Notes: generated from the sequence alone by a model not told the origin. 32,000 nt of DNA from Zymomonas mobilis subsp. mobilis ATCC 10988 (GCF_000175255.2 NC_017262.1:1410001-1442000); one strand, 5' to 3'; shown: positions 17,874 through 28,710, counted from the first letter of the stretch. Numbers and translations are program-made.

Positions 17874-19559
17874 ATGAGCTATCAATCGCAACCGGCTATT
17901 CCGGTAAAAGAAAGTCGTGTTACCTTACTTCGAAACCCTCTTTTAAATAAAGGCAGTGCTTTCTCTGCCGAAGAGAGAAAGGCTTTTCAATTAGAAGGTC
18001 TGGTTCCAGCCCAAATCGAAAGTATCAATATTCAAGCCGAACGCTGTTACCAGCAGTATAAAGAACAAAAAACAGATTTAGATCGCTATATCTTTTTGCG
18101 CGCGCTTCAGGATGAAAATGAAACGCTTTTCTTTCATCTTGTTGCCGATCATATCGCCGATATGATGCCTATTCTTTATACACCAACAGTAGGCAGCGCG
18201 TGCCAGAATTATTCTCATCTTTTCCGTAAAAGCCGCGGTTTATTTATCGCTTATCCTGATCGCGATAAAATTGGCGATATCCTGAAACAGACGGAACAGG
18301 AAAATATAAAAATTATTGTCGTCACTGATGGCGAACGTATCTTGGGGCTGGGTGACCTCGGGGTCGGGGGTATGGGCATCCCTATTGGGAAATTGGCTCT
18401 TTATACCGCCTGCGGCGGAATTGATCCGGCAACGGTTTTACCGATTGTTCTGGATGTAGGGACGAATAATGAAAATCTTCTGAATGATCCGCTTTATATA
18501 GGATGGCATCATAAACGGATAACGGGGGATGAATATTACAGCTTTGTTGATCGGTTTGTTCAGGCTGTGATGCAGCAATGGCCTGATGTATTCTTGCATT
18601 TTGAAGATTTTGCCCAGAAAAATGCTTTGCCATTACTGGAAAAATATCGCGACCAATATTGCTGTTTCAATGATGATATTCAGGGAACTTCTGCGGTCGC
18701 TTTAGCAACTCTTTATTCGGCTTGTAAAACGCGAAAAACCTCTATCAGAGATCAGCGTATCGTTTTCCTTGGTGCCGGTTCCGCTGGTTGCGGTATCGCA
18801 GAACAAATTGTCTCTGCTATGGTGGCTGAAGGATTGGATGAAGCCACGGCGCGCGGTCAAGTGTATATGGTTGATCGCAATGGTCTTATCACTGACGATA
18901 TGCAGGATATCCCTGATTTCCAGAAAAAACTGGCACAGCCCCTTAGCAAGCTGAAAAATTGGAAATCACAAGACCAAGGCTTTTTCCTGCTGGATGTTGT
19001 CAAGCAGAGTAAAGCAACCGTCTTAATCGGTGTCTCCGGCCAAAAAGGATTATTTACAGAAGAGGTCATCAAAACATTGGCTTCGCAATGTGAAGCCCCC
19101 TTTGTGATGCCTTTGTCCAATCCCACCTCGCATATGGAAGCCATTCCAGAAGATATTTTGAAATGGACAGAGGGTAAGGCGCTTGTCGCAACGGGAAGTC
19201 CTTTTTCGCCTGTCGTTATTAACGGCAAGAGCTTCCCTATTGCGCAATGTAATAACGCCTATATTTTCCCGGGTATTGGTCTTGGCGTTTTGGCGGCCAA
19301 AGCCACAAGGGTAACCGATAATATGATGGTTGCCGCAGCCTATGCCTTGGCTGACACAGCACCAGCAGCACAGAATAAAGGTAATGCTATCTTACCCTCT
19401 TTCGATGATATTGAAGAGGTAAGCTATGTTATCGCCTTAGCCGTAGCAAAAGCCGCCGTGAAAGATGGTGTTGCCGAGCAAAAAGACGAAACCGCTCTTT
19501 TGGCTCTGATAAAAGGCTATTACTGGCATCCTGAATATCGCGCTTATCAATTGGCGTAA
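17874..19559 (+). CDS. maeA: NAD-dependent malic enzyme (oxaloacetate-decarboxylating)
   Basis: Motifs [39 protein letters not shown] and [12 protein letters not shown]. The start was moved from GTG 17856 to ATG 17874 because GGAG lies at 17863-17866. Confidence 0.93.
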   Translation: MSYQSQPAIPVKESRVTLLRNPLLNKGSAFSAEERKAFQLEGLVPAQIESINIQAERCYQQYKEQKTDLDRYIFLRALQDENETLFFHLVADHIADMMPILYTPTVGSACQNYSHLFRKSRGLFIAYPDRDKIGDILKQTEQENIKIIVVTDGERILGLGDLGVGGMGIPIGKLALYTACGGIDPATVLPIVLDVGTNNENLLNDPLYIGWHHKRITGDEYYSFVDRFVQAVMQQWPDVFLHFEDFAQKNALPLLEKYRDQYCCFNDDIQGTSAVALATLYSACKTRKTSIRDQRIVFLGAGSAGCGIAEQIVSAMVAEGLDEATARGQVYMVDRNGLITDDMQDIPDFQKKLAQPLSKLKNWKSQDQGFFLLDVVKQSKATVLIGVSGQKGLFTEEVIKTLASQCEAPFVMPLSNPTSHMEAIPEDILKWTEGKALVATGSPFSPVVINGKSFPIAQCNNAYIFPGIGLGVLAAKATRVTDNMMVAAAYALADTAPAAQNKGNAILPSFDDIEEVSYVIALAVAKAAVKDGVAEQKDETALLALIKGYYWHPEYRAYQLA

Positions 19560-19578
19560 TTCAACCCATCAGAAGATA

Positions 19579-19614
19579 CAAAAAAAGCCCCTGCATCGCA
19601 GGGGCTTTTTGTTT
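19579..19614. terminator. Bidirectional rho-independent terminator shared by maeA (+) and groEL (-)
   Basis: A 9-bp GC-rich stem, AGCCCCTGC (19586-19594) / GCAGGGGCT (19598-19606), with loop ATC. It is flanked by an A7 run upstream and TTTTTGTTT downstream, so a U-tract follows the hairpin on either strand. Confidence 0.85.
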
Positions 19615-19639
19615 GATGGCCTGTCTTGGACAGGCCATC
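19615..19639. terminator. Second perfect hairpin immediately adjacent (11-bp stem, 3-nt loop), downstream of the groEL stop
   Basis: GATGGCCTGTC-TTG-GACAGGCCATC. It has no U-tract of its own, so it may be an mRNA 3'-end stabiliser working with the neighbouring terminator. Confidence 0.5.
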
Positions 19640-19659
19640 CCGACAGAGCGGGGTGTGGA

Positions 19660-21309
<1,650 letters not shown>

Positions 21310-21415
21310 TTAAAATCTCCAGCTAAGCATTATGTATTCTAAAAGAAAATTACATCATGCTAATTATAGTAAGTAAGCGTTAAACTGCGCCCAGCTATTA
21401 GGTCAGAAAGAAATC

Positions 21416-21703
21416 TTAGCTGATAATGCCAAGAATATCGCTTTCCTTCATGATGAGGAGGTCTTCACCATCAACGCGAACTTCGGTGCCTGACCATTTG
21501 CCGAACAGAACCCGATCACCAGCTTTGACGTCCAAAGGAACGACTTTACCGTCTTCGCTATGGGTTCCGTTACCAGCTGCGATAACTTCACCTTCCTGCG
21601 GCTTTTCTTTGGCTGTATCAGGGATAATGATACCGCCAGCTGTCTTTTCTTCAGCAGCAACGCGACGGACTAAAACTCGATCATGTAGCGGACGAAAATT
21701 CAT
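21416..21703 (-). CDS. groS: Co-chaperonin GroES (Cpn10)
   Basis: 95 aa from the internal ATG: [45 protein letters not shown] lies 5-6 nt upstream. The 111-aa ORF-track version extends back over the CIRCE element and is too long. Confidence 0.96.
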   Translation of the reverse strand: MNFRPLHDRVLVRRVAAEEKTAGGIIIPDTAKEKPQEGEVIAAGNGTHSEDGKVVPLDVKAGDRVLFGKWSGTEVRVDGEDLLIMKESDILGIIS

Positions 21704-21744
21704 ATCTTCACCTTTTCCCTTGCGAAAACTAGGGGGAATTCCTG

Positions 21745-21771
21745 CTGGCACTCTCCCTTACGAAGTGCCAA
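21745..21771 (-). promoter_or_regulatory. CIRCE-like HrcA operator in the groES leader
   Basis: The transcribed strand reads TTGGCACTT-N9-GAGTGCCAG, against the consensus TTAGCACTC-N9-GAGTGCTAA. There are two mismatches per arm, the arms are self-complementary over 7 bp, and the element sits just downstream of the predicted -10. Confidence 0.7.
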
Positions 21772-21779
21772 TGTCCCCC

Positions 21780-21807
21780 ATATGGGGTAGTATTTCGGGA
21801 CGTCAAG
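21780..21807 (-). promoter_or_regulatory. Sigma32 (RpoH)-type heat-shock promoter of groES-groEL
   Basis: The minus strand reads CTTGAC-N14-CCCCATAT, against the consensus CTTGAA-N13-15-CCCCATNT. It lies about 75-100 nt upstream of the groES ATG. Confidence 0.7.
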
Positions 21808-22066
21808 CTATCCTTTAAAAATTTTTATAAAAATTTGTTGTTTCATCTTTTTATAAAAATCTTCGCTCATTTTTGCATATGATATAGCCGTCTAATTCTT
21901 ACAGATAAGAGCGTGAAATATAGATTTTCACCGTTTAAAATGTAATCCAAGTTCATCGCATTATCTGGCTTTTGGTCTGATTAGACTGGCTATTACGCTT
22001 GACTCTTTATTTTATTAAGGCTCAGGCTCAACGAAAATAAATCATGAAATCAAAGGAGCCAAAACG

Positions 22067-23980
22067 TTGAAATTACTGCGGCTGTTCTGGAAAATGTTAG
22101 TCGGCATAAAAGATGTGCTGGCTCTCATACTACTCGTTTTATTTTTTGGAGCTATTTTTGTTGGTCTCTGCCTAACCACCAAAAATGGCGCAATCTCAAG
22201 CCGCAATCTTGGTGCCGCATCAGCTGCGGACGGGGCGCTCCTTATTGATTTTTCAGGCAATCTTGTCGAAAAAACGGAAGGCACCAGCTTTCTTGATCTT
22301 ATTCAAGATAACAACAATCAAAATGAAATCCTCTTAAGAGAGGTTGTCTATGGGTTGGAGCAGGCCGCCCGTAATCCTAAAATCAAAGCCGTTGTCCTTG
22401 ATCTATCGGATTTTTCCGGTGGTGGACGCGCCGCTATCAGCGCGGTCGATAACGCTTTAGATAAGGTAAGAGCCGCCGGTAAACCTGTTCTTTCTTTTGC
22501 TGGTTTTTACAACGATGCCCGCTACCGTATTGCCGCTCATGGCACTGAAATCTGGCTGCCTAATCTAGGTGAAGTCGCTTTATTAGGCGTAGGGGGTAAC
22601 CAACTTTACTATAAAGGTCTCTTGGATAAATTAGGTGTCGAAACCAAAATTTATCGGGTGGGCCGTTTTAAATCCTTTGTCGAACCATTTACGCGTACCG
22701 AACAATCCCCAGATGCTAAAGCCGCTAATCAGGCCTTGGCTAATTCTCTATGGCAAACGACCCTTCAAGATATAGCCCATGCCCGCCCCAAGGCACATGT
22801 CGCTGAATGGGCTCTTAATCCAACAAGCTTTTTAAAGAGCGGTCATAGCTTTGCAGAATTAGCCCAATCTGCGGGTATGATTGACCATATCGGTAATGCG
22901 ATAGACTTCGGAAATCGGGTCGCTTCTCTTGTCGGCAAAGACAAACAGCCAGGGAGTTTCAAGGCCGTTTCCCTCGCTTCTTTTATTGGTTCCAATCCGC
23001 CGTCTTCTGCTGGTAGTGCTATCGGGGTTGTAACCGTTTCTGGCGAAATTGTTGACGACGAAACTCGATCCGGTCAGGTAAGTGGTTCCACTATTTCTTC
23101 TCTCATTTTAGATACCTTGGCAAAGGGCGACATCAAAGCCTTGGTTGTGAGAGTGGATTCTCCGGGTGGTTCAGTCTCTGCTGCTGAGCAAATGCGCTCT
23201 GCTATCCTTGCTGCCAAAGCCAAAGGTCTACCTGTCATCGTTTCGATGGGATCGGTTGCCGCTTCCGGCGGTTATTGGATATCGACGCCAGCCGATAAAA
23301 TCTTTGCAGATCCATCCACAATCACCGGTTCGATCGGTGTTTTCTCACTGATTCCAACCTTTCAGCAAACGCTACACAAAATTGGTCTTTCTGCTGATGG
23401 GGTCAAAACAACACCCCTTTCTGGCCAGCCAGATGTCTTCCGTGGCACGACGCCCGAATTTGATCAGCTAATGCAATTTGGTGTTGATACCATTTACGAT
23501 CGCTTTACTTCGATTGTTGCCTCATCAAGACATTTACCTTTGGACAAGGTTCGTGAAATTGCCGAAGGGCGCGTTTGGTCTGGTGTAGATGCCAAGAAAA
23601 TAGGTCTTGTAGATCAGTATGGTTCTTTACAGGATGCCGTCACCGAGGCTGCGAAAAGAGCTCATCTTGACCCCAGCCATACGCATATGCAGTTTATTGA
23701 TGAAGAGCCTTCTTTTGTTGAGATGATCTTAAAAAATCTGTTTCAGCATCAGGCCTCAGACGCCAAAATAGTAGCGCGTAATCCTAATATAGACGCTTAT
23801 GGTTCTATGGCGGGCAACAGTCAGGAGCAACTGGTTCGGATAGTGGCTGCAATAAGGGGCATAGCGCAGACTTCTACAATGCAGGCTCGCTGTCTGGAAT
23901 GTGTTGTTGAGGTTAAACCCACCTCTCAAGACCGCTATCTTGCCGATCGTTTGATTACACAAACGGCACTACGACCCTAA
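22067..23980 (+). CDS. sppA: Signal peptide peptidase SppA, 67K type (tandem S49 domains)
   Basis: N-terminal TM LALILLVLFFGAIFVGL and two S49 repeats, with the Ser nucleophile context MGSVAASGGYWIS. TTG start, with AAGGAG at 22053-22058. Confidence 0.9.
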   Translation: MKLLRLFWKMLVGIKDVLALILLVLFFGAIFVGLCLTTKNGAISSRNLGAASAADGALLIDFSGNLVEKTEGTSFLDLIQDNNNQNEILLREVVYGLEQAARNPKIKAVVLDLSDFSGGGRAAISAVDNALDKVRAAGKPVLSFAGFYNDARYRIAAHGTEIWLPNLGEVALLGVGGNQLYYKGLLDKLGVETKIYRVGRFKSFVEPFTRTEQSPDAKAANQALANSLWQTTLQDIAHARPKAHVAEWALNPTSFLKSGHSFAELAQSAGMIDHIGNAIDFGNRVASLVGKDKQPGSFKAVSLASFIGSNPPSSAGSAIGVVTVSGEIVDDETRSGQVSGSTISSLILDTLAKGDIKALVVRVDSPGGSVSAAEQMRSAILAAKAKGLPVIVSMGSVAASGGYWISTPADKIFADPSTITGSIGVFSLIPTFQQTLHKIGLSADGVKTTPLSGQPDVFRGTTPEFDQLMQFGVDTIYDRFTSIVASSRHLPLDKVREIAEGRVWSGVDAKKIGLVDQYGSLQDAVTEAAKRAHLDPSHTHMQFIDEEPSFVEMILKNLFQHQASDAKIVARNPNIDAYGSMAGNSQEQLVRIVAAIRGIAQTSTMQARCLECVVEVKPTSQDRYLADRLITQTALRP

Positions 23981-24012
23981 GAAATTTGCTCCAATTTTAC
24001 CTTACATAAAAA

Positions 24013-24040
24013 GGCAGAGGATTTTTCTCTGCCTTTTTTT
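24013..24040 (+). terminator. Rho-independent terminator after sppA
   Basis: GGCAGAG (24013-24019) / CTCTGCC (24027-24033), with a 7-nt loop, followed by T7 (24034-24040). Confidence 0.8.
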
Positions 24041-24210
24041 ATCTTTGATACAATGCTAAATCGGCTTTCAATTAGGCTGTAATGCCACATAATTAAATCA
24101 GTTCGCTTTGTGTCCGGTTATTCTCGGTAATTTATTCCTGTATAGACTTGCCTAAATGCGCTTTTCATAGAATAATTTAGGCAATATTTTTAAAGGCTGA
24201 ATTCGTATTT

Positions 24211-25956
24211 ATGGATGCCTCCACTTTATCTTTTCGCAGTGCGTCGTCGTCAGCACGATCTTTCCCCTTTCTTTCTATGTCAGCAGAAAGACAGGATCTA
24301 TTTTTCTCATTGGCCTTAACCGCATTACCGCGGCCAATGATTACACCTTTATGCAGAATAATAGTTGCACGATTAGAGCATAGAATTCCCGGTTTGAAAG
24401 AGCGACTTCGCCCACTGGATGGCAAAACAGTTTTTATTCAGCCGAAAGATTTAACGGTTGGCTTTTTGTTATCTATTTCCAATGGACATCCTCATTTAAC
24501 GGCGATTTCTCCTGAATCTTTGCCGAAGAAGACGGATATGGATGCGCGTTTAGAAGCTTCACTCGAAGTCTTTTTCCATTTGCTTCATGGTGAGAGTGAT
24601 GGAGATGCTCTTTTCTTCTCACGCGATCTGAAAGTGGATGGCGATATGTCTGTCGTTGTTGCGCTTAGAAATGCGATGGATGGTCTTGGAGAAGATTTGC
24701 TCAAAGATGTTTTCACGCTGCCACAGCCTTTCCGCAGCCTGTTTAACCGAGCCGGTGGCGTAGCCAATCGCTGTCTCGATCGAATAATCGACCCTTTTTT
24801 AAAAAAAACAGCAAAACTGGAAAATCGCCTCTCAAAAATTCAGGCTGAAATCGATGCTTTGCGTCAAAAAGAAGAGGATATTCCTTTAAAGAGCGTCCAT
24901 AATTCTATCGAAAAAGACCAAGAGAATAACGCTGATCTTAGTGGGACAGCAAAAAATGCAATCGAGTTATTAGCACCTGCCGGAACGCCTGCTGCTTTAA
25001 GGTCCGCGATTGATGCTGGTGCCAATGCTGTTTACCTCGGTTTCCGAGATGAGACGAATGCCCGTAATTATCCCGGCTTAAACTTCACTCGGGAAGATTT
25101 GAAAGAAGGGATCGCATACGCGCATCAAAGAGGACGGCGTGTTCATGTCGCGATCAATACTTATGCGGCCGCCGGACATATGGATTCATGGTATAAAGCC
25201 ATTGATACGGCGGCAGAATTAGGGGCTGATGCCCTTATTATGGCTGACATGGGCTTGCTTTCTTATGCCAGCCAGCATTACCCTGATTTGTCGCGGCATC
25301 TTTCGGTTCAGGCAGGGGCCTCTACCCCTGCGGCCATTCAGTTCTACTATGAAATGTTTGGTATTAACCGTATGGTTTTGCCAAGAATGTTTACGCTTGA
25401 TGAAATCGCGGCTTTAAAAGAGAAAGTGCCGATTGAAATCGAGACCTTTATTTTCGGTAGCTTATCTCCGATGTCCGAAGGGCGCTGCGCGCTTTCAGCC
25501 TATGCGACGGGTCGTTCTCCTAATCTTTGCGGCGTTTGCTCTCCGGCGGAACATGTCCGTTACAAGAATGAGGATGGTGTTCTTATTTCGCAGCTTGGCG
25601 ATTTTGTGATCAATCGTTTTGGAAAAGATGAAGCGGCAGGATATCCGACCCTTTGTAAGGGGCGCTATATCCCCAAAGGTGGTGAAGCCTCTTATCTTTT
25701 TGAAAAACCGGAATGCCTGAACGCTGCTGAATATATTGCCAGCCTCAGGGCAGCGGGGGTCACTTCTTTTAAAATCGAAGGTCGGCAGCGTAGTCGTTTT
25801 TATACGACAGAAGTTGTTTCCTGTTTTCGTGCACTTCTGGATGCCGAAGCCTCAGGTAAATCAGCTGACAGTTTACCTGATGTTCTGAACAGGTTACGTG
25901 ATTTGGCCGAGGGGGGCGAAGAAACCCGCGGAGCATACCGGAAAGGGTGGCGATGA
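24211..25956 (+). CDS. ubiU: Fusion protein: SCP2-type lipid carrier UbiT (N) + coiled-coil linker + U32-family O2-independent ubiquinone hydroxylase subunit UbiU (C)
   Basis: Residues ~24-190 match E. coli YhbT/UbiT as I recall it (DALFFSRDLKVDGDMSVVVALRNAMDGL vs DTLFFQRRLVIEGDTELGLYVKNLMDAI). Residues 251-581 are collinear with YhbU/UbiU (IELLAPAG..., GYPTLCKGRY, KIEGRQRS). The start may instead be ATG 24277 (MSAERQ...). Confidence 0.85.
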   Translation: MDASTLSFRSASSSARSFPFLSMSAERQDLFFSLALTALPRPMITPLCRIIVARLEHRIPGLKERLRPLDGKTVFIQPKDLTVGFLLSISNGHPHLTAISPESLPKKTDMDARLEASLEVFFHLLHGESDGDALFFSRDLKVDGDMSVVVALRNAMDGLGEDLLKDVFTLPQPFRSLFNRAGGVANRCLDRIIDPFLKKTAKLENRLSKIQAEIDALRQKEEDIPLKSVHNSIEKDQENNADLSGTAKNAIELLAPAGTPAALRSAIDAGANAVYLGFRDETNARNYPGLNFTREDLKEGIAYAHQRGRRVHVAINTYAAAGHMDSWYKAIDTAAELGADALIMADMGLLSYASQHYPDLSRHLSVQAGASTPAAIQFYYEMFGINRMVLPRMFTLDEIAALKEKVPIEIETFIFGSLSPMSEGRCALSAYATGRSPNLCGVCSPAEHVRYKNEDGVLISQLGDFVINRFGKDEAAGYPTLCKGRYIPKGGEASYLFEKPECLNAAEYIASLRAAGVTSFKIEGRQRSRFYTTEVVSCFRALLDAEASGKSADSLPDVLNRLRDLAEGGEETRGAYRKGWR

Positions 25957-26906
25957 GTAGTTCTACTAGCGATCATTTGTCTTTAGGCGCGGTTATGTTT
26001 CCGTGGCCTGCTAAGATGTTACGGGATTTCTATTTTCGTATTGCCGATGAAGGCGATGTCGATACCGTTTATCTAGGTGAGGTTATCTGCTCCAAACGCT
26101 CGCCTTTCTTAAAACATTATTTGCCGGAAATTACCGATCGCCTTACAAAAGGCGGTAAGAAAATTGTCTTTTCTTCTATGGCTTTGGTCGGAACCGCTGA
26201 TGAAGTCAGGGAAATGGAAGCGCTGGTCGAAAAGACCGATGGGCTTATCGAGGCAAATGACGTTAGCCTTGTCCGTTTATTACAGGGCAAGCCTCATCAT
26301 TTGGGGCCTTTTGTTAATATCTATAACGAAGGTGCGCTTGATTTCTTAACGCGCTTAGGAGCTGAAAAGGCTTGCTTAAATCCTGAATTACCCGCCACGG
26401 TTATTAAAGAACTCGCCCAGAAAAGCGCTATTCCTTTAGAGGTGATTGTCTTTGGGCGATTACCTATTTCTATTTCTGCTCGTTGTTTTGATGCCCGGGC
26501 TAAAGGCCGGACGAAAGATAATTGTCGTTTTGCTTGTCTCCATCATCGGGATGGATTGACGATCAGCACTCTCGAAAATGAGCCCTTTTTAACGGTCAAT
26601 GGTATGCAAACTTTGACCTATGGTTGCGGTAATTTAATTCAGGCTATTCCCGAATTACAGCAAGCCGGAATCCACAGTTTCCGCTTGTCGCCTCAGTCAG
26701 GCGATATGGTCGCAACGGCTTCGCTGTTTAGACAATGTTTGGCGGGTCAAATCGATGCGACAGAAGCAAGCACGCTTTTGGCAAGCTATCATCCTGAAAT
26801 GCCAGGTTTTGCCAATGGTTTTCTCTATGGCCAACCTGGGCATAAATTTATCACGGACGGCCCTGTTTTAAATCCGTCACCCCTTAAAAAGACAGAGAGT
26901 GCTTGA
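25953..26906 (+). CDS. ubiV: U32-family protein UbiV (partner of UbiU)
   Basis: The ATGA start/stop overlap with the upstream gene (ATG 25953, TGA 25954-25956) suggests translational coupling. Cys pattern: EVICSKRSP, then ARC-x12-C-x3-C (CFDARAKGRTKDNCRFAC). This matches the published UbiV Fe-S ligand spacing C180-x12-C193-x3-C197. Confidence 0.85.
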   Translation: MSSSTSDHLSLGAVMFPWPAKMLRDFYFRIADEGDVDTVYLGEVICSKRSPFLKHYLPEITDRLTKGGKKIVFSSMALVGTADEVREMEALVEKTDGLIEANDVSLVRLLQGKPHHLGPFVNIYNEGALDFLTRLGAEKACLNPELPATVIKELAQKSAIPLEVIVFGRLPISISARCFDARAKGRTKDNCRFACLHHRDGLTISTLENEPFLTVNGMQTLTYGCGNLIQAIPELQQAGIHSFRLSPQSGDMVATASLFRQCLAGQIDATEASTLLASYHPEMPGFANGFLYGQPGHKFITDGPVLNPSPLKKTESA

Positions 26907-26917
26907 TAAAGACGCGT

Positions 26918-28393
26918 TTATGACTTCCTGTCGGGTAATTTTTGACTGTATTCAAAAATATGCCGATGCAATCCGGCAGGAGTCAAATCTTCCTCTTGGC
27001 CTTGAGGTGGCGTTATAATGCCTTCCTCATCGAAACAGAGCAAAACATAAGGTGTATATCGCTCAGGCGTTGGCACACTAATTTCAGGGATGCTGGGTCT
27101 ATGATCTCCAAAAAAGGCAATAACAGCCCGTTTTTTGGCCTCTTTGAAATAAGATACTAACCCACCCAACATTTTATCGCTATTTTCAGCATGACGAATA
27201 TAGGAAAGAAGTAAGGCTTCCGGTGTCGCTTTACCATCGGCATCCCAAGGGCCATGATTTTCCATGGTTACCGTATAGATAAAGGTTGGATGCTGATTCC
27301 CTTCTATAATCTCTATGATCTTTTTACCCAAAGTCACATCATCGACATAGCGTTGTCCTGCTTTCGGCGATGAAAAATAGTCTAGACCGATTAAACGAGA
27401 GAACCCTGCCGAAGGCATAATATCGTCACGGTTGTAAAAACGCATATCATGCGGATGGACAAAAAATGATTGATAGCCATAAGGCTGTAAACGTGCCGAT
27501 AAGGCGTAAGTAATTTCTTTTTTGGCTGTCATGAAAGGATCGAATTGGCGAAAGCCAAGGTCTTTTTCTTCTCTCCCAAATAACACGCCATATTCTGTCC
27601 GCATGGTATAGGCACCGAAACCGTTGACGTGTAATTTACCGCTTTTCCATGCCCATTTTTGCGCTTCTTGCAGGGCGGGCAAGGGGGCTCTTGTGCCTTC
27701 TGGGACAAGATGGGCTGGGTCCATAAAGGACTCACATTGAATAACCAGAATAATTTCGGGTTTTCTCGATAAATCTAATTCTTCTTCACACTCTTCTTGG
27801 AAATTTAAAGGCGTTGGATCGGGACTTTTCCGCCATCTTTGCCAATAGAGAAATAGAACAGCAATCATGCCTAGTTTTTTTGAATCTTTTTCTAAAGACG
27901 GCTCTATGGCTAACTGATTGAAAAGGGGTGTTTTCAAAGCAAAATACAAAAACAAACAATCGAGCGCAAAAAGCAGAAAACCTCTTAAATGGGCTGAAAA
28001 TTGTCTATTATTGAAAATAATAAAAAACAGAAGCAGAATAGGTGTTACCGTCGCAAGTAACCAACAGGTTAAAGAAGAAAGCGCCGTTAAATAAAATCTG
28101 GGATGACGCGCGACAGAAACCAAAACTAAAAAATCGGAGAAAATTAGGGGTTCTCCAAGCATTTTATATTTTGTATTTGAAATAGCGGTTAAAGCGGATT
28201 GTAATGATAAAGTTATAATAGATGATAATAAAGGATTACCTGTTAAGAACAGAAATAGACTATAGGCTGCTGTGACGACACCGCTATGAAGGATAAGACC
28301 GCCGCCGCTTCTTCTACCATAAGGTAGGGAGTAATGGTCTATAACAAAGCTTATAATAAGGGTTACTGCCAAAAACAGTAGGTCATTTATCAC
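26918..28393 (-). CDS. LtaS/MdoB-like membrane sulfatase-superfamily enzyme (phosphoglycerol/phosphoethanolamine-transferase type)
   Basis: About 5 N-terminal TM helices, followed by an extracytoplasmic alkaline-phosphatase-superfamily domain beginning ILVIQCESFMDP, with later FFGDHRPS. Confidence 0.75.
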   Translation of the reverse strand: MINDLLFLAVTLIISFVIDHYSLPYGRRSGGGLILHSGVVTAAYSLFLFLTGNPLLSSIITLSLQSALTAISNTKYKMLGEPLIFSDFLVLVSVARHPRFYLTALSSLTCWLLATVTPILLLFFIIFNNRQFSAHLRGFLLFALDCLFLYFALKTPLFNQLAIEPSLEKDSKKLGMIAVLFLYWQRWRKSPDPTPLNFQEECEEELDLSRKPEIILVIQCESFMDPAHLVPEGTRAPLPALQEAQKWAWKSGKLHVNGFGAYTMRTEYGVLFGREEKDLGFRQFDPFMTAKKEITYALSARLQPYGYQSFFVHPHDMRFYNRDDIMPSAGFSRLIGLDYFSSPKAGQRYVDDVTLGKKIIEIIEGNQHPTFIYTVTMENHGPWDADGKATPEALLLSYIRHAENSDKMLGGLVSYFKEAKKRAVIAFFGDHRPSIPEISVPTPERYTPYVLLCFDEEGIITPPQGQEEDLTPAGLHRHIFEYSQKLPDRKS

Positions 28394-28710
28394 TTTGGAT
28401 TACTGCCTTAAACTACGATCAAATCAGAAAATAAATGGGTGAAGAAAAACGTCTATGAGCCGCTATAGTGACTCTGTCTATGCCTCTTAAGCTTTAAGGG
28501 GATATTCTGTGCGCTTTCCACTATTGCAGCGACACCTCATCTCATAATAATTCTCTAGAATGATGAGAATATTGTGAAATTCCTGCCATAAATTCCATAA
28601 ATAGCCTATGAACAGGGCTATTAAATTCGATTTGTTTTTATTATCAGAAGTATTCGTATAACGATTGTCTTTAAATCAAGACAAGAAATTGTTTTATTCC
28701 TGTCGCGTAG

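Noticed and set aside
21704-21751. N-terminal 16-aa extension of GroES in the ORF track ([16 protein letters not shown])
   Set aside because: The extension would run through the CIRCE element and the promoter-proximal leader. The internal ATG has a strong SD and gives the canonical 95-aa GroES.
24045-24058. TTGAT-N4-TGCTA as a possible FNR site upstream of ubiT-ubiU
   Set aside because: Only one half-site matches TTGAT-N4-ATCAA. The second half matches at 2 of 5 positions, and the site directly abuts the sppA terminator.
24177-24425. 82-aa minus-strand ORF overlapping the 5' end of ubiT-ubiU
   Set aside because: It is antisense to the SCP2 domain N-terminus and has no SD or recognisable features. 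It does, however, add uncertainty about which ATG (24211 or 24277) starts the fusion gene.
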